This document shows positions 1 through 9,170 of a DNA stretch of 64,000 nucleotides, one piece after another. The stretch spans positions 140,816 through 204,815 of the forward strand of contig JAIELQ010000005.1 in NCBI GenBank assembly GCA_019752815.1. Reading direction: 5' to 3'. Origin of the DNA: Patescibacteria group bacterium (GTDB lineage: Bacteria > Patescibacteriota > Minisyncoccia > Phycocordibacterales > UBA918). Both the position numbers and the translations under genes were made by a program. The stretch's first letter is position 1; every line of letters begins with the position of its first letter. The notes under the pieces are model-generated. The model was not told the origin of the DNA, did no database searches, and saw only the letters and a list, made by a program, of their open reading frames with translations.

Positions 1-426
1 CTCCCAGCCGAAGTCATGGTGAGAAAATGCTTTATGAGCTTTCACCGTGAGTGTGGTATTAAGTAGCAATACCCCTTGGTCAGCCCAGCGCTCAAGATTG
101 CCGCTTTGGGGGATTGGCTGATCTAAATCAGACGCAAGTTCCCTGTATATATTTAAAAGTGACGGTGGAATCGCAGTACCATCGGGTACCGAAAATGCCA
201 GACCGTGTGCTTGACCAGTATTGTGATAAGGGTCTTGTCCCAAAATAACCACTGACACTTGGTTAAACGGGCAATGTTGCAGGGCATTAAACACTAATGG
301 TGAGGGAGGGAATACGGTGGTCGTGAGGTACGCTTCGTCTACCTTTAACGTGAGTGACTGGAAATACTCTTTGGTAAATTCTGGCGCAAGCATTTTTTTC
401 CAAGAATCTTCAATCTTGATATCCAT
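1..426 (-). CDS. ung: Uracil-DNA glycosylase family 1 (5' part; runs off window start)
   Basis: Manual translation from ATG at 426: MDIKIEDSWKK...VVILGQDPYHNTGQAHGLAFSV...IPPSLLNIYREL; GQDPYH and PPSL motifs. Confidence 0.95.
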   Translation of the reverse strand, partial: MDIKIEDSWKKMLAPEFTKEYFQSLTLKVDEAYLTTTVFPPSPLVFNALQHCPFNQVSVVILGQDPYHNTGQAHGLAFSVPDGTAIPPSLLNIYRELASDLDQPIPQSGNLERWADQGVLLLNTTLTVKAHKAFSHHDFGWE

Positions 427-469
427 ATGCAGTACTATACTAAAAATGATAGTACTTGGCATGTTATGT

Positions 470-502
470 AAAAAACAAAGCCACCCTGGTAGGGTAGCTT
501 TG
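470..502 (-). terminator. Intrinsic terminator after Nudix gene
   Basis: On - strand CAAAGCTACCCT-ACC-AGGGTGGCTTTG followed by T-tract. Confidence 0.7.
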
Positions 503-521
503 CCGAGTTGGTTTAGATAGT

Positions 522-932
522 TTAAACAAACTGGCTAATGATCGAGATGTTTTGCAAGAGCAACCTAGTGGTGCTGGTTAATGCAAAGTGTCTCGTGTTG
601 TGAATTGTGGTCCAACCGAGGGCATCAATTTCTTTGTAATCAGGCCTCATTTGATGCGTATTTTCTGCATATCCACGGAAACATTCAATTTCCTCAATAT
701 GGTCTGGCCATATGATTGTTTCGGTGTGTATCCATTCCAACTTTGAGCAGAAAACATGGGCTTCCTGCCTTGCCTCACGTAGCAGGGCTGCTTCTGGACT
801 CTCTCCTTTTTCAACTCCTCCACCAATCATGTGCCATAGTCGCCGTTTCGCTTGCCGTCCTAAAAGAAGTTTTTGTTCCTCATTGAGCAAAACGAGCCGG
901 GAAAGCTTTTTAATAGGTGTTCTTTTTGCCAT
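522..932 (-). CDS. Nudix hydrolase (solo cassette, SD AAGGA)
   Basis: GGGVEKGESPEAALLREARQEA is a slightly degenerate Nudix box. Confidence 0.8.
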   Translation of the reverse strand: MAKRTPIKKLSRLVLLNEEQKLLLGRQAKRRLWHMIGGGVEKGESPEAALLREARQEAHVFCSKLEWIHTETIIWPDHIEEIECFRGYAENTHQMRPDYKEIDALGWTTIHNTRHFALTSTTRLLLQNISIISQFV

Positions 933-1000
933 CGCCGTTGATCCTTTTGCTATCCATCACTACAGTAGCATAGTGAAGGTATGGAGTATAATTATGGTAT

Positions 1001-1600
1001 ATGTTAATTATTGATATTGAAGCCACTGGTACCAACGCCCACAAACACTCCATTGTATCTATTGGCGCTGTTGATTTACAAAATCCTACTAATCGTTTTT
1101 ATGGTGAATGTCGGATGTGGGGTGGGGCCCATGTGATGGATGAAGCACTTGTTGTTAATGGATTTACGGAAGCGGAAATTACTGACCCTGCCAAACAAAC
1201 CGAAGCTGAACTCGTGACATCGTTTATGGAATGGACACACGGACTGGCAAACCGGACTCCGGCCGGACAAAATGTGTCGTTTGATAGAGCCTATTTAGAA
1301 GCTGCGTGTGGTAGGGCGGGTATACAATTTGATTTACCATTTCGGACTATTGATGCCCACACACTCGGGGTTATGCATATGACGAAACGCGGACTCATCC
1401 CTCCATTTGATGTCGAGCATAAACACAGTGCACTCAATCTCGATGGAGTCATGAACTATTGCGGTATCCCTGATGAACCTGATCCGCACAATGCACTCAC
1501 GGGCGCACTCTCACATGCCGAAGTCGTGTCACGATTGCTGTTTGATAAAAAACTTCTCCCCGAATTTTCACAATTCGAAATCCCTTGGCACAAGGCGTGA
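1001..1600 (+). CDS. DEDDh 3'-5' exonuclease
   Basis: IDIEATG (ExoI), QNVSFD (ExoII), HNALTGA (ExoIII; last Asp replaced). Confidence 0.85.
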   Translation: MLIIDIEATGTNAHKHSIVSIGAVDLQNPTNRFYGECRMWGGAHVMDEALVVNGFTEAEITDPAKQTEAELVTSFMEWTHGLANRTPAGQNVSFDRAYLEAACGRAGIQFDLPFRTIDAHTLGVMHMTKRGLIPPFDVEHKHSALNLDGVMNYCGIPDEPDPHNALTGALSHAEVVSRLLFDKKLLPEFSQFEIPWHKA

Positions 1601-1618
1601 TGATACAATGAACTAACT

Positions 1619-2374
1619 ATGGTTAAAAAAATGTTAGGTCTAGGAAAAAAGAAAGTTACTAAAAAAGCTAATGACAATCTCAGTCACTGTCGGATAGTGA
1701 CTGATTTGCTCGACCCCAAGGGTACCGATGGTGATGCAATTCAGTCATGGCGTGTATTTCGGATTATGTCCGAGTTCGTTAGTGGTTTTGAACTTTTGCG
1801 TAATCACGGACTAGCGGTAACATTTTGGGGAAGTGCTCGTATTGAGCCGGGTAACCCCTACTACAAAGCAGCCGAAGAGCTGGCAGCCAAACTCGCCAAA
1901 AAGGGATTCTCGGTTATCTCAGGCGGTGGTCCCGGTATTATGGAGGCGTCAAATGTAGGAGCATTTAAAGTGGGTGGTAAATCAGTCGGTTTGAATATTC
2001 AGTTACCGTTTGAGCAAAAGCTTAATCCGTATGTCACTGAAACCCTCAGTTTTGATTTCTTTTTCTCGCGCAAAGTAATGCTCACGTTTGCGTCTGAAGC
2101 GTATGTCTATTTCCCAGGTGGTTTTGGTACGCTTGATGAATTGTTTGAAATACTCACCCTGGTGCAAACTAAAAAAATCTCACCATTGCCGATTGTATTA
2201 ATCGGTTCGGATTTTTGGAACCCGCTGTTAACGTGGTTTGAAAAAGACCTCCTAAAAAAACACAAAGTAATTAGTAAAGAAGATCTGGAATTGTATAAAG
2301 TGTTTGATTCAATTGAAGAAGCGTATAAGTATATTTTGAAGAATGTCGACTGCAACAATACGCGCCAGCTGTAA
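1619..2374 (+). CDS. LOG family (TIGR00730-type) nucleotide phosphoribohydrolase
   Basis: SGGGPGIMEA, PGGFGTLDELFE motifs. Confidence 0.92.
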   Translation: MVKKMLGLGKKKVTKKANDNLSHCRIVTDLLDPKGTDGDAIQSWRVFRIMSEFVSGFELLRNHGLAVTFWGSARIEPGNPYYKAAEELAAKLAKKGFSVISGGGPGIMEASNVGAFKVGGKSVGLNIQLPFEQKLNPYVTETLSFDFFFSRKVMLTFASEAYVYFPGGFGTLDELFEILTLVQTKKISPLPIVLIGSDFWNPLLTWFEKDLLKKHKVISKEDLELYKVFDSIEEAYKYILKNVDCNNTRQL

Positions 2375-2376
2375 GT

Positions 2377-3225
2377 ATGAAAAACGCACACATTGTATTT
2401 GATATTGGTGGCACTAAAACTCGGGTAGCAATCTCAAGTGACGGAGAGAAGCTTGATGAAGTTGCTAGTTTCCATACGCCGTATGATCCAAAAGAAGGTG
2501 TCAAAAAAATTATTGAGACTATTACCGAAATTGCTCACGGTGTTGAAATTACCACTATCGCCGGTGGTATCCGTGGAGTATTAAGTGAAGAGCGTCGCGG
2601 CATTGTGCATGATGATGTATTAACTGATTGGGTCGATTTTGATGTTGTAGAGGCTCTGGGCAAAAAGTACTCGGTACCGATGTATCTGGAAAATGATGCT
2701 GCGCTCGCAGGCTTAGGCGAAACACATTTTGGTGCCGGGGTTGGTGTAGATTTGGTTGTGTACCATACGGTGAGTACCGGGGTAGGTGGTGTGCGAATTT
2801 CTAATGGCCGGATTGATGCTGCCTCATCTGGTTTTGAACCAGGACATCAGGTGCTTGATATTGATCGCACTATTTTGGGCGATGATATTGAACCAACTTT
2901 GGAGAATCTAGTTTCTGGAACGGCGCTTGAAAAACGCATGGGAGTGAAGCCGTATGATATCCCGCAATCAGATGTAATTTGGGATGAGCTTGCCGGGTAC
3001 TTGGCTCAAGGTTTGCGCAATACTATTTTGTATTGGTCACCCGAAGCTATCATTTTGGGTGGCTCGATGATTATTGGAGATCCAAAAATCCCGATTGAAG
3101 CGATTCGTAAAGCCACGGTTGAAGTCCTCGATGATTTTGTTGAATGTCCGTTTATTACGACGGCCAGTTTGGGGGATGAGGCGGGACTGTATGGAGCACT
3201 CGCTCTCATTCGTCAGCACTCCTAG
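2377..3225 (+). CDS. ROK family sugar kinase
   Basis: DIGGTK, ENDAALAGLGE, STGVGG, EPGH, AGLYGA. Confidence 0.9.
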   Translation: MKNAHIVFDIGGTKTRVAISSDGEKLDEVASFHTPYDPKEGVKKIIETITEIAHGVEITTIAGGIRGVLSEERRGIVHDDVLTDWVDFDVVEALGKKYSVPMYLENDAALAGLGETHFGAGVGVDLVVYHTVSTGVGGVRISNGRIDAASSGFEPGHQVLDIDRTILGDDIEPTLENLVSGTALEKRMGVKPYDIPQSDVIWDELAGYLAQGLRNTILYWSPEAIILGGSMIIGDPKIPIEAIRKATVEVLDDFVECPFITTASLGDEAGLYGALALIRQHS

Positions 3226-3228
3226 AGA

Positions 3229-3349
3229 AGGCTTCCAAAAACGGCGAACTTCTTTGTCAGGCTACGGTAAAAGTTTTCTCACCGTACGTTGGGTACGGCT
3301 CGTAAACTTTTCCTTGCCTTTCGCGAATTTCACTCGTTTTAGAAAGCCT
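3229..3349. repeat. ~120-bp imperfect-palindrome element, copy A (CGTAC-loop-GTACG core)
   Basis: Ends AGGCTTCCAAAAACG / CGTTTTAGAAAGCCT; core CTCACCGTAC-GTTGG-GTACGGCTCG at 3278-3302. Confidence 0.7.
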
Positions 3350-3390
3350 ATCGGTTAGTTAGATATTTATATTTTGAAAATTTACAAATA

Positions 3391-3421
3391 GAAAAGCGGC
3401 ACCTGAGGGGTGCCGCTTTTT
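3391..3421. terminator. Bidirectional intrinsic terminator
   Basis: AAAAGCGGCACC-TGAGG-GGTGCCGCTTTT. Confidence 0.8.
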
Positions 3422-3423
3422 GG

Positions 3424-3780
3424 TCATCGGGCGATTTTGACCATTACCGAATCTTGTTCATTTAGATGACGTGAATATTGGCAGAAAATATCGACAGAGA
3501 TCGGTCTTGCCATGAACAGTTGTTTTGAAACTTTTACATAGGCTACCCGTTTTTTCCACCAGTGCGGGTAGACAGTTTGACAATCTTGTTCGGTATCAAA
3601 TTCAACTTTCAGATACCAACCTAAAAGAGTATGTTCTCCAGGTTTGAGGAACTTTTTGACCGATGCAGATCTCAAATGGTGTTTTTGTCCCAAGAATTCA
3701 GGAACAAATATGCATCTGAGCCATTGTTGCCAGCTTGAGAGTTGACGGTTTTCCAGGGTAGGTATTGTCATGTATGACAT
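3424..3780 (-). CDS. Hypothetical protein (solo cassette)
   Basis: 118-aa ORF; upstream GTGACA-N16-TAGTAT and AAGGG; terminator directly after stop. Confidence 0.6.
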   Translation of the reverse strand: MSYMTIPTLENRQLSSWQQWLRCIFVPEFLGQKHHLRSASVKKFLKPGEHTLLGWYLKVEFDTEQDCQTVYPHWWKKRVAYVKVSKQLFMARPISVDIFCQYSRHLNEQDSVMVKIAR

Positions 3781-3941
3781 CGAGGGACCCTTTTCAATGA
3801 GTTTTCTAAAACCGATACTACCACAATTTTGCAGACTGTCACATCTATCGTATAATACCCTCGCTCGGGGAGTTTTCTATTTTTGTACAGATCTTTGAGT
3901 AATTGAAATTTTTATCATTCGCTTAACTTGTAAACACATAT

Positions 3942-4274
3942 ATGTCAGAAAATCCAAATCAAAGCGTTTCGCCGATACGACCATTAGGAGATAGAGTTAT
4001 TGTTCGACCGCTTACTGATGCCGAAGCCGGAACGCTGTCAGCCTCAGGAATTATCATTCCTGATTCCGCCAAGAAAGAAAAACCCGAACAAGGAATTGTT
4101 ATAGCGGTAGGGAATGGGAAATGGAATGAAGACGGCGATAAACGAATTGCCATGGAAGTAAAAGTTGGAGATAAAGTTATCTTCTCAAAATACGGTTTTG
4201 ACGAAGTTAAAGTTGACGGAAAAGAATATTTTATTGTCGGAGAAGCCAGTATCTTGGGTATTTTTACTAACTAA
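3942..4274 (+). CDS. groES: Co-chaperonin GroES
   Basis: IRPLGDRVIV, SGIIIPDSAK, VKVGDKVIFSKY. Confidence 0.98.
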   Translation: MSENPNQSVSPIRPLGDRVIVRPLTDAEAGTLSASGIIIPDSAKKEKPEQGIVIAVGNGKWNEDGDKRIAMEVKVGDKVIFSKYGFDEVKVDGKEYFIVGEASILGIFTN

Positions 4275-4290
4275 TCTAAATTATTAACAT

Positions 4291-5946
4291 ATGGCTAAAC
4301 AAGTAATTTACGGAGAAGAAGTAAAAAAGAAATTGCAAAAAGGTGTTGATACGGTAGCCAATGCGGTAAAGGTAACACTAGGTCCCCGCGGACGTAACGT
4401 TATCCTCGACAAGGGCTACGGTGCGCCAACGATAACGAACGACGGTGTGTCAATCGCCAAAGAAATTACCCTCAAAGACAAATTTGAAAACATGGGGGCA
4501 GAAATCATCAAAGAAGTTGCCAACAAAACGAATGAACTGGCTGGAGATGGTACGACTACCGCAACGGTACTAACGCAAGCATTGGTGAGTGAGGGCCTCA
4601 AGCAAACTACCATGGGTCTCAACTCAATGGCGGTGCGTAATGGTATGGAACACGCCTCAATTGATGTGGTGGCAGCTTTGCGCGCGATGGCAACACAGAT
4701 TACTTCTGTTGATGAGATTAAACAGGTAGCCACTATTTCAGCTGAAAGTGCAGAACTTGGAGAAAAAATTGCCGAAACGATCGACCGCGTTGGTAAAGAT
4801 GGGGTAGTAACGGTTGAAGAGTCTCAAAGTTTTGGTATTGAAACCGAACTGACCGAAGGTATGCAATTTGACCGCGGGTACGTATCACCATACATGGTAA
4901 CCAACCCAGAGCGAATGGAGGCTGCCTACAAAAATGCCCATATATTAATTACAGACAAGAAAATTTCTTCAGTTCAAGAAATTTTGCCGTTGCTTGAGAA
5001 AATTGCCGCCACGGGTAAAAAAGAATTAGTGATTATCGCCGACGATATTGAAGGCGAGGCGCTGGCAACATTTGTGGTAAACAAACTTAAAGGAGGATTC
5101 TCAGTATTGGCGGTTAAGGCTCCGGGATACGGTGACCGCAAAAAGGAAGTATTGGCTGATATCGCGGTTACAACGGGCGGACAACTCATTACCGATGATG
5201 TGGGTCTAAAGTTAGAAACGGTAGAAATTGCTGATTTAGGAAAAGCTGATCGCGTTGTATCAACCAAAGACACCACCGTAATTGTAGGCGGGGCAGGGAC
5301 CAAAGAATCAATTGATAATCGCGTTAAGGCCCTTAAGGCACAGCTTGAAAATACCACTTCAAAATATGATGGTGCCGAAATTGAAAAACGGATTGCCAAA
5401 TTGACGGGGGGAGTAGCAGTGATCCGTGTTGGTGCAGCCACCGAAACTGAAATGAAGTACCTGAAGCTCAAAATTGAAGATGCGGTTAATGCGACCAAAG
5501 CCGCCGTTGAAGAGGGGATTGTGCCGGGTGGTGGAATCGCCTTAGCATTAGCTGCAGGCATTGTAGGTGAAAAAGCTCCTGGTTTAAAAACAACTGAAGA
5601 GCTGATTGGCTACAGCATTGTTTTAAAAGCATTAACTGCACCACTTAGACAAATTGCTGATAACTCAGGATTAATGGATGGATCGGTTGTATTAGAAAAA
5701 CTTAAAGAGGCTATCAAGAAAGATCCTAAATCAAGGATTGGCTACGATGCTGCCAAAGGTGTGATGGTGGACGATATGATTAAAGCGGGAATCATCGACC
5801 CAGTTAAGGTGGAGCGAGCCGCGGTACAACACGCAGTATCAGCTGCCGCCATTCTCCTTACTTCAGAATGTGCGATTGCAGACGAACCAGAACCAGAGAA
5901 ACCGGCCATGCCAGATATGGGGGGAATGGGCGGAGGAATGTACTAG
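4291..5946 (+). CDS. groEL: Chaperonin GroEL
   Basis: TLGPRGRNV, AGDGTTTATVL, GGM-rich C-terminus. Confidence 0.99.
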   Translation: MAKQVIYGEEVKKKLQKGVDTVANAVKVTLGPRGRNVILDKGYGAPTITNDGVSIAKEITLKDKFENMGAEIIKEVANKTNELAGDGTTTATVLTQALVSEGLKQTTMGLNSMAVRNGMEHASIDVVAALRAMATQITSVDEIKQVATISAESAELGEKIAETIDRVGKDGVVTVEESQSFGIETELTEGMQFDRGYVSPYMVTNPERMEAAYKNAHILITDKKISSVQEILPLLEKIAATGKKELVIIADDIEGEALATFVVNKLKGGFSVLAVKAPGYGDRKKEVLADIAVTTGGQLITDDVGLKLETVEIADLGKADRVVSTKDTTVIVGGAGTKESIDNRVKALKAQLENTTSKYDGAEIEKRIAKLTGGVAVIRVGAATETEMKYLKLKIEDAVNATKAAVEEGIVPGGGIALALAAGIVGEKAPGLKTTEELIGYSIVLKALTAPLRQIADNSGLMDGSVVLEKLKEAIKKDPKSRIGYDAAKGVMVDDMIKAGIIDPVKVERAAVQHAVSAAAILLTSECAIADEPEPEKPAMPDMGGMGGGMY

Positions 5947-5964
5947 ATTAAAAAATTTCGTATG

Positions 5965-5997
5965 AAAAAAGCGGGCCAATTCATTGGCCCGCTTTTT
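5965..5997. terminator. Bidirectional terminator between groEL and convergent wHTH gene
   Basis: AAAAAAGCGGGCCAAT-TC-ATTGGCCCGCTTTTT. Confidence 0.85.
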
Positions 5998-6007
5998 GGT
6001 TATGAGG

Positions 6008-6361
6008 TTATTCTTTGTGCCAACGGCGATTGAGATAGTAGCCCATACCATACTCAGCCATAATGATGTTGGTATATCCTGTGGCGTCCTTGATCTTCTT
6101 TTTTATTCTTGAAACATACGCGTCAATCGACCGAAGTCGTTGCCTTCCACGTTTGTACGGGCCGTGTTTCTGGGCTTCTAGCAAAGTTTCCCGGCTGAAA
6201 ATTGTATCCGGCTTAGACAAAAGCAGGCTAAATATCATCATTTCTCGCACGGTGAGTGCAACTGGCGTTCCTTTTATGTATACATCAATTTCACTACACC
6301 AGATGTCTTTGACGAGGGGCTTTGTCTTCCGGTCGGGTACGATATTGCTATGCTGAAGCAT
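6008..6361 (-). CDS. Stand-alone OmpR/PhoB-type winged-helix DNA-binding protein (no receiver domain)
   Basis: LTVREMMIFSLLL...FSRETLL...RSIDAYVSRIKKKI...YGMGY; own TTGACA-N16-CATACT promoter and AGGAG SD. Confidence 0.8.
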   Translation of the reverse strand: MLQHSNIVPDRKTKPLVKDIWCSEIDVYIKGTPVALTVREMMIFSLLLSKPDTIFSRETLLEAQKHGPYKRGRQRLRSIDAYVSRIKKKIKDATGYTNIIMAEYGMGYYLNRRWHKE

Positions 6362-6460
6362 GAACCACTGTCTCCTGGGTGAACTATTTGTCAGTAGTAT
6401 GTCAGGGAATCTATTGTTGTCAATAAAAAACGCGGACCAGGTTGGTCCGCGGTATTCATA

Positions 6461-7144
6461 TTAGATTTCTGTATTTGTGGTGGTGTTGGCAACATCAATT
6501 TTATCTAAATCAATGCGGTAACCAAAACCACTGCCAGTGACGATCATGTGTGGTGACAGACCGCTCTTCTTAAGCTTTTTCCGTAAACGCTTCACGTGAC
6601 TATCGATGAGTCTATCGTGATACTCACCACGTAGTCCGATGACATCCAACAGCTGTTGACGATTGAGGTATCTGCCTTGAGCTGCTAATAACCCTCTAAA
6701 GATACGTATTTCCGTAACGGTGAGGACTGTGGTAACACCATGTATGTTTACGCAATTATCTGTTATATCGATACCTTTAACACTCTGCTTCTCTTTTATT
6801 TCAATTGAGATTGGCGTAGAGAAAAGATTTGCCAGCTCTGTTGGCGTAACTTCACCAGCCAGATATATTACTCCTTGCTCCCAGTAGGTAATAAACTGAC
6901 TGGCTCTGTATTCCGCAGAATAGACTATCACCTTGCTTCGTGGCACTAACTTTCTCATAAGTGTCGGAGAAAGCTTCGTGCCATCCATTTCCTCTATGCA
7001 CGTAACACATTGATCTGGAAGATACTTGCCGTACACAATATCTTCTACAACATCCTCAAGTGTAGTCATGATGAGTTCATAACCTCTTGTCGCTTGCTGA
7101 AACAAATTAGTGATTTTTGGGGTGTTCGAGATAATAAAGAACAT
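6461..7144 (-). CDS. OmpR/PhoB-type wHTH protein with degenerate receiver-like N-terminus
   Basis: LTVTEIRI...DRLIDSHVKRLRKKL...GFGYRI; start moved to ATG 7144 because GGGAG SD and TTGACA-N16-CATACT lie just upstream. Confidence 0.8.
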   Translation of the reverse strand: MFFIISNTPKITNLFQQATRGYELIMTTLEDVVEDIVYGKYLPDQCVTCIEEMDGTKLSPTLMRKLVPRSKVIVYSAEYRASQFITYWEQGVIYLAGEVTPTELANLFSTPISIEIKEKQSVKGIDITDNCVNIHGVTTVLTVTEIRIFRGLLAAQGRYLNRQQLLDVIGLRGEYHDRLIDSHVKRLRKKLKKSGLSPHMIVTGSGFGYRIDLDKIDVANTTTNTEI

Positions 7145-7261
7145 GGTAACTCTCCCTGAGTTTTGATTTGACTGTCGGTAGTATGCCAGTAAAGAACTAT
7201 GTGTCAATGGTGAGGGTTTATGATATAATTTGAACATTAATTAATTGGTAATTATTTTGTT

Positions 7262-7840
7262 ATGACTTGGATTATTTTAGGAATGGTGGCTGTCTTCTTG
7301 TTGTACTGTGTATTTATGTATAACCGATTTGTGGCGCTAACCCAACGCACTAAAGAAGCGTGGGCGGATATTGATGTACAGCTCAAGCGTCGGTATGACC
7401 TTATTCCAAACTTAATTGAAACAGTAAAAGGGTATGCTGCTCATGAACGTGCCGCCCTTGACGCGGTGACGGAAGCCCGGGCCAAGGCCACCTCAACCCA
7501 CATTGATGCCGGAGGAATTACTCCCGCCATGATGGAGGCGATGGCCGGAGCTGAAGCGGCATTGGGTGGTGCGCTCGGCAAACTCATTGCCGTGGCCGAA
7601 GCGTACCCAGATCTAAAAGCCAACCAGAACTTTGCCCAATTACAAACTGAACTAGCTGATACAGAAAATAAAATTCAGGCCGCTCGTCGTTTCTACAACG
7701 GTAATGTGCGTGACCTCAAAATTGGTTTGCAATCATTCCCAGGAAACGTGATTGGTAACATGTTTAAATTTAAAGAAGAACCATTCTTTGAACTACCAGA
7801 AAATAGTGTTGAACGAGAAGTAGTGAAGGTGGCGTTCTAA
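7262..7840 (+). CDS. lemA: LemA family protein
   Basis: AWADIDVQLKRRYDLIPNL, EAYPDLKANQNF, ARRFYN. Confidence 0.96.
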   Translation: MTWIILGMVAVFLLYCVFMYNRFVALTQRTKEAWADIDVQLKRRYDLIPNLIETVKGYAAHERAALDAVTEARAKATSTHIDAGGITPAMMEAMAGAEAALGGALGKLIAVAEAYPDLKANQNFAQLQTELADTENKIQAARRFYNGNVRDLKIGLQSFPGNVIGNMFKFKEEPFFELPENSVEREVVKVAF

Positions 7841-7847
7841 ATTGAAT

Positions 7848-8795
7848 ATGAAAACTCCTATCATTATTGGGGGACAAAAAATTGGTCGTCTACGTGCCAG
7901 TTTTTTGTTATTTAAGGAGTCCTGGCGATTCCTCAAAGCAGACAAAGAACTGTTGCTGGTACCAATATTCTCAACAGTCTTCTCAGGTATTCTCATTGGT
8001 CTGTTAACGTTGGTGCTCATTACGTCCTCTTCTTCATATGACAAGCTAGTTACTGGAAACGAAGGATTGGGATACTCTGAATATATTTTTATGTTCGGTG
8101 TGTATGTCGTGAGTGCTTTTTCGCTCGCTTTAGCGCAAGCCATCATTGTACACATTGTGTATGTGCGGGCTCATGGAGGTAATGCTACGTTAGGAAACGG
8201 TATTGCTCGTGCCTTTGCAAACTGGGTGCCACTCTTACTATGGGCGGTCATTACGAGTACGGTTGGTATGGCACTACGATTTATTTCTGAGCGTTCGGCT
8301 CTCGTTGGACGCATCGTGGCGGGACTACTTGGGGCTGCGTGGTCTATCCTGACATTTTTTGTGGTGCCAATACTGATACTACAAAAGAAAACACCTTTTA
8401 CCGCCGTGTCTGCTTCGGCTACATTGTTCAAGAAAACCTGGGGTGAAACTTTGGTAGCGAATGTAACACTTGGTTTGGTATTTATGGTGGCTCATCTGGT
8501 TGTACTAGCATCTTTTGTCGGTTTGCTTATTTACGGAGTGTCAACACAAAATGCGGTTTTGTTAATAAGTTCGATTGTTGGTGTATTACTTTGGCTTCTT
8601 ATTGCTACATTAGTATACTCTGCTTTGCAGGGAATCCTTAAAACACTGTTATACATTTATGCAGCTGAGGATGTGGTGCCGGAAAACTTTAACCGGGAAC
8701 TACTCGAAAGTATGCTCGAGCGTAATACAACAACCTTGCCGACGGCATCAACGCTAGTGGACGCACCAGTTTCAGATGTTACTTCTAAACCGTAG
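7848..8795 (+). CDS. Multi-pass membrane protein (DUF6159-like)
   Basis: About 6 hydrophobic helices; SWRFLKADKELL and FKKTWGE motifs; alternative TTG start at 7842. Confidence 0.7.
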   Translation: MKTPIIIGGQKIGRLRASFLLFKESWRFLKADKELLLVPIFSTVFSGILIGLLTLVLITSSSSYDKLVTGNEGLGYSEYIFMFGVYVVSAFSLALAQAIIVHIVYVRAHGGNATLGNGIARAFANWVPLLLWAVITSTVGMALRFISERSALVGRIVAGLLGAAWSILTFFVVPILILQKKTPFTAVSASATLFKKTWGETLVANVTLGLVFMVAHLVVLASFVGLLIYGVSTQNAVLLISSIVGVLLWLLIATLVYSALQGILKTLLYIYAAEDVVPENFNRELLESMLERNTTTLPTASTLVDAPVSDVTSKP

Positions 8796-8798
8796 TCT

Positions 8799-9170
8799 AT
8801 GGCAAAAATCTATTACAACAAATTAGTCCGTGATGGAATAAAAGAAAAAATTGAACAAAAAGGTGAGGGGTGTTCAGTGCGGGTAATAGTCGATGAAGCT
8901 GAGTTTGAACAGGAGTTGCTTAAAAAGGTTGTTGAAGAAGCGAATGCTTTGGCCCATGTGCGTACTCGTGCCGACTTTTTGTCAGAGTACTGCGATTTGA
9001 TGGTGGTATTAGATGCACTGACCCACAAGCTTGAAATCTCAGAAGCAGAAATAAAGTTAGCTATGACAGATAATGTATCTAAAAAAGGTTTATTCAAATA
9101 TCATCATTTTCTCGAATGGTCTGAAGATTCTGACTATAAAAGTAATGAAACACCCCAAGGTCTCAGATGA
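8799..9170 (+). CDS. MazG-like/HisE-like nucleoside triphosphate pyrophosphohydrolase
   Basis: YNKLVRDGI...LLKKVVEEA...EYCDL pattern. Confidence 0.75.
   Translation: MAKIYYNKLVRDGIKEKIEQKGEGCSVRVIVDEAEFEQELLKKVVEEANALAHVRTRADFLSEYCDLMVVLDALTHKLEISEAEIKLAMTDNVSKKGLFKYHHFLEWSEDSDYKSNETPQGLR

Noticed and set aside
3840-3941. CIRCE operator upstream of groES (also checked upstream of grpE)
   Set aside because: No TTAGCACTC-N9-GAGTGCTAA seen and no hrcA in the window.
4416-5561. Antisense ORFs within groEL (and similar shadow ORFs in typA, dnaK, dnaJ, pepA, kinases and ribosomal genes)
   Set aside because: They lie within well-supported genes and have no motifs or expression signals; codon-bias shadows.
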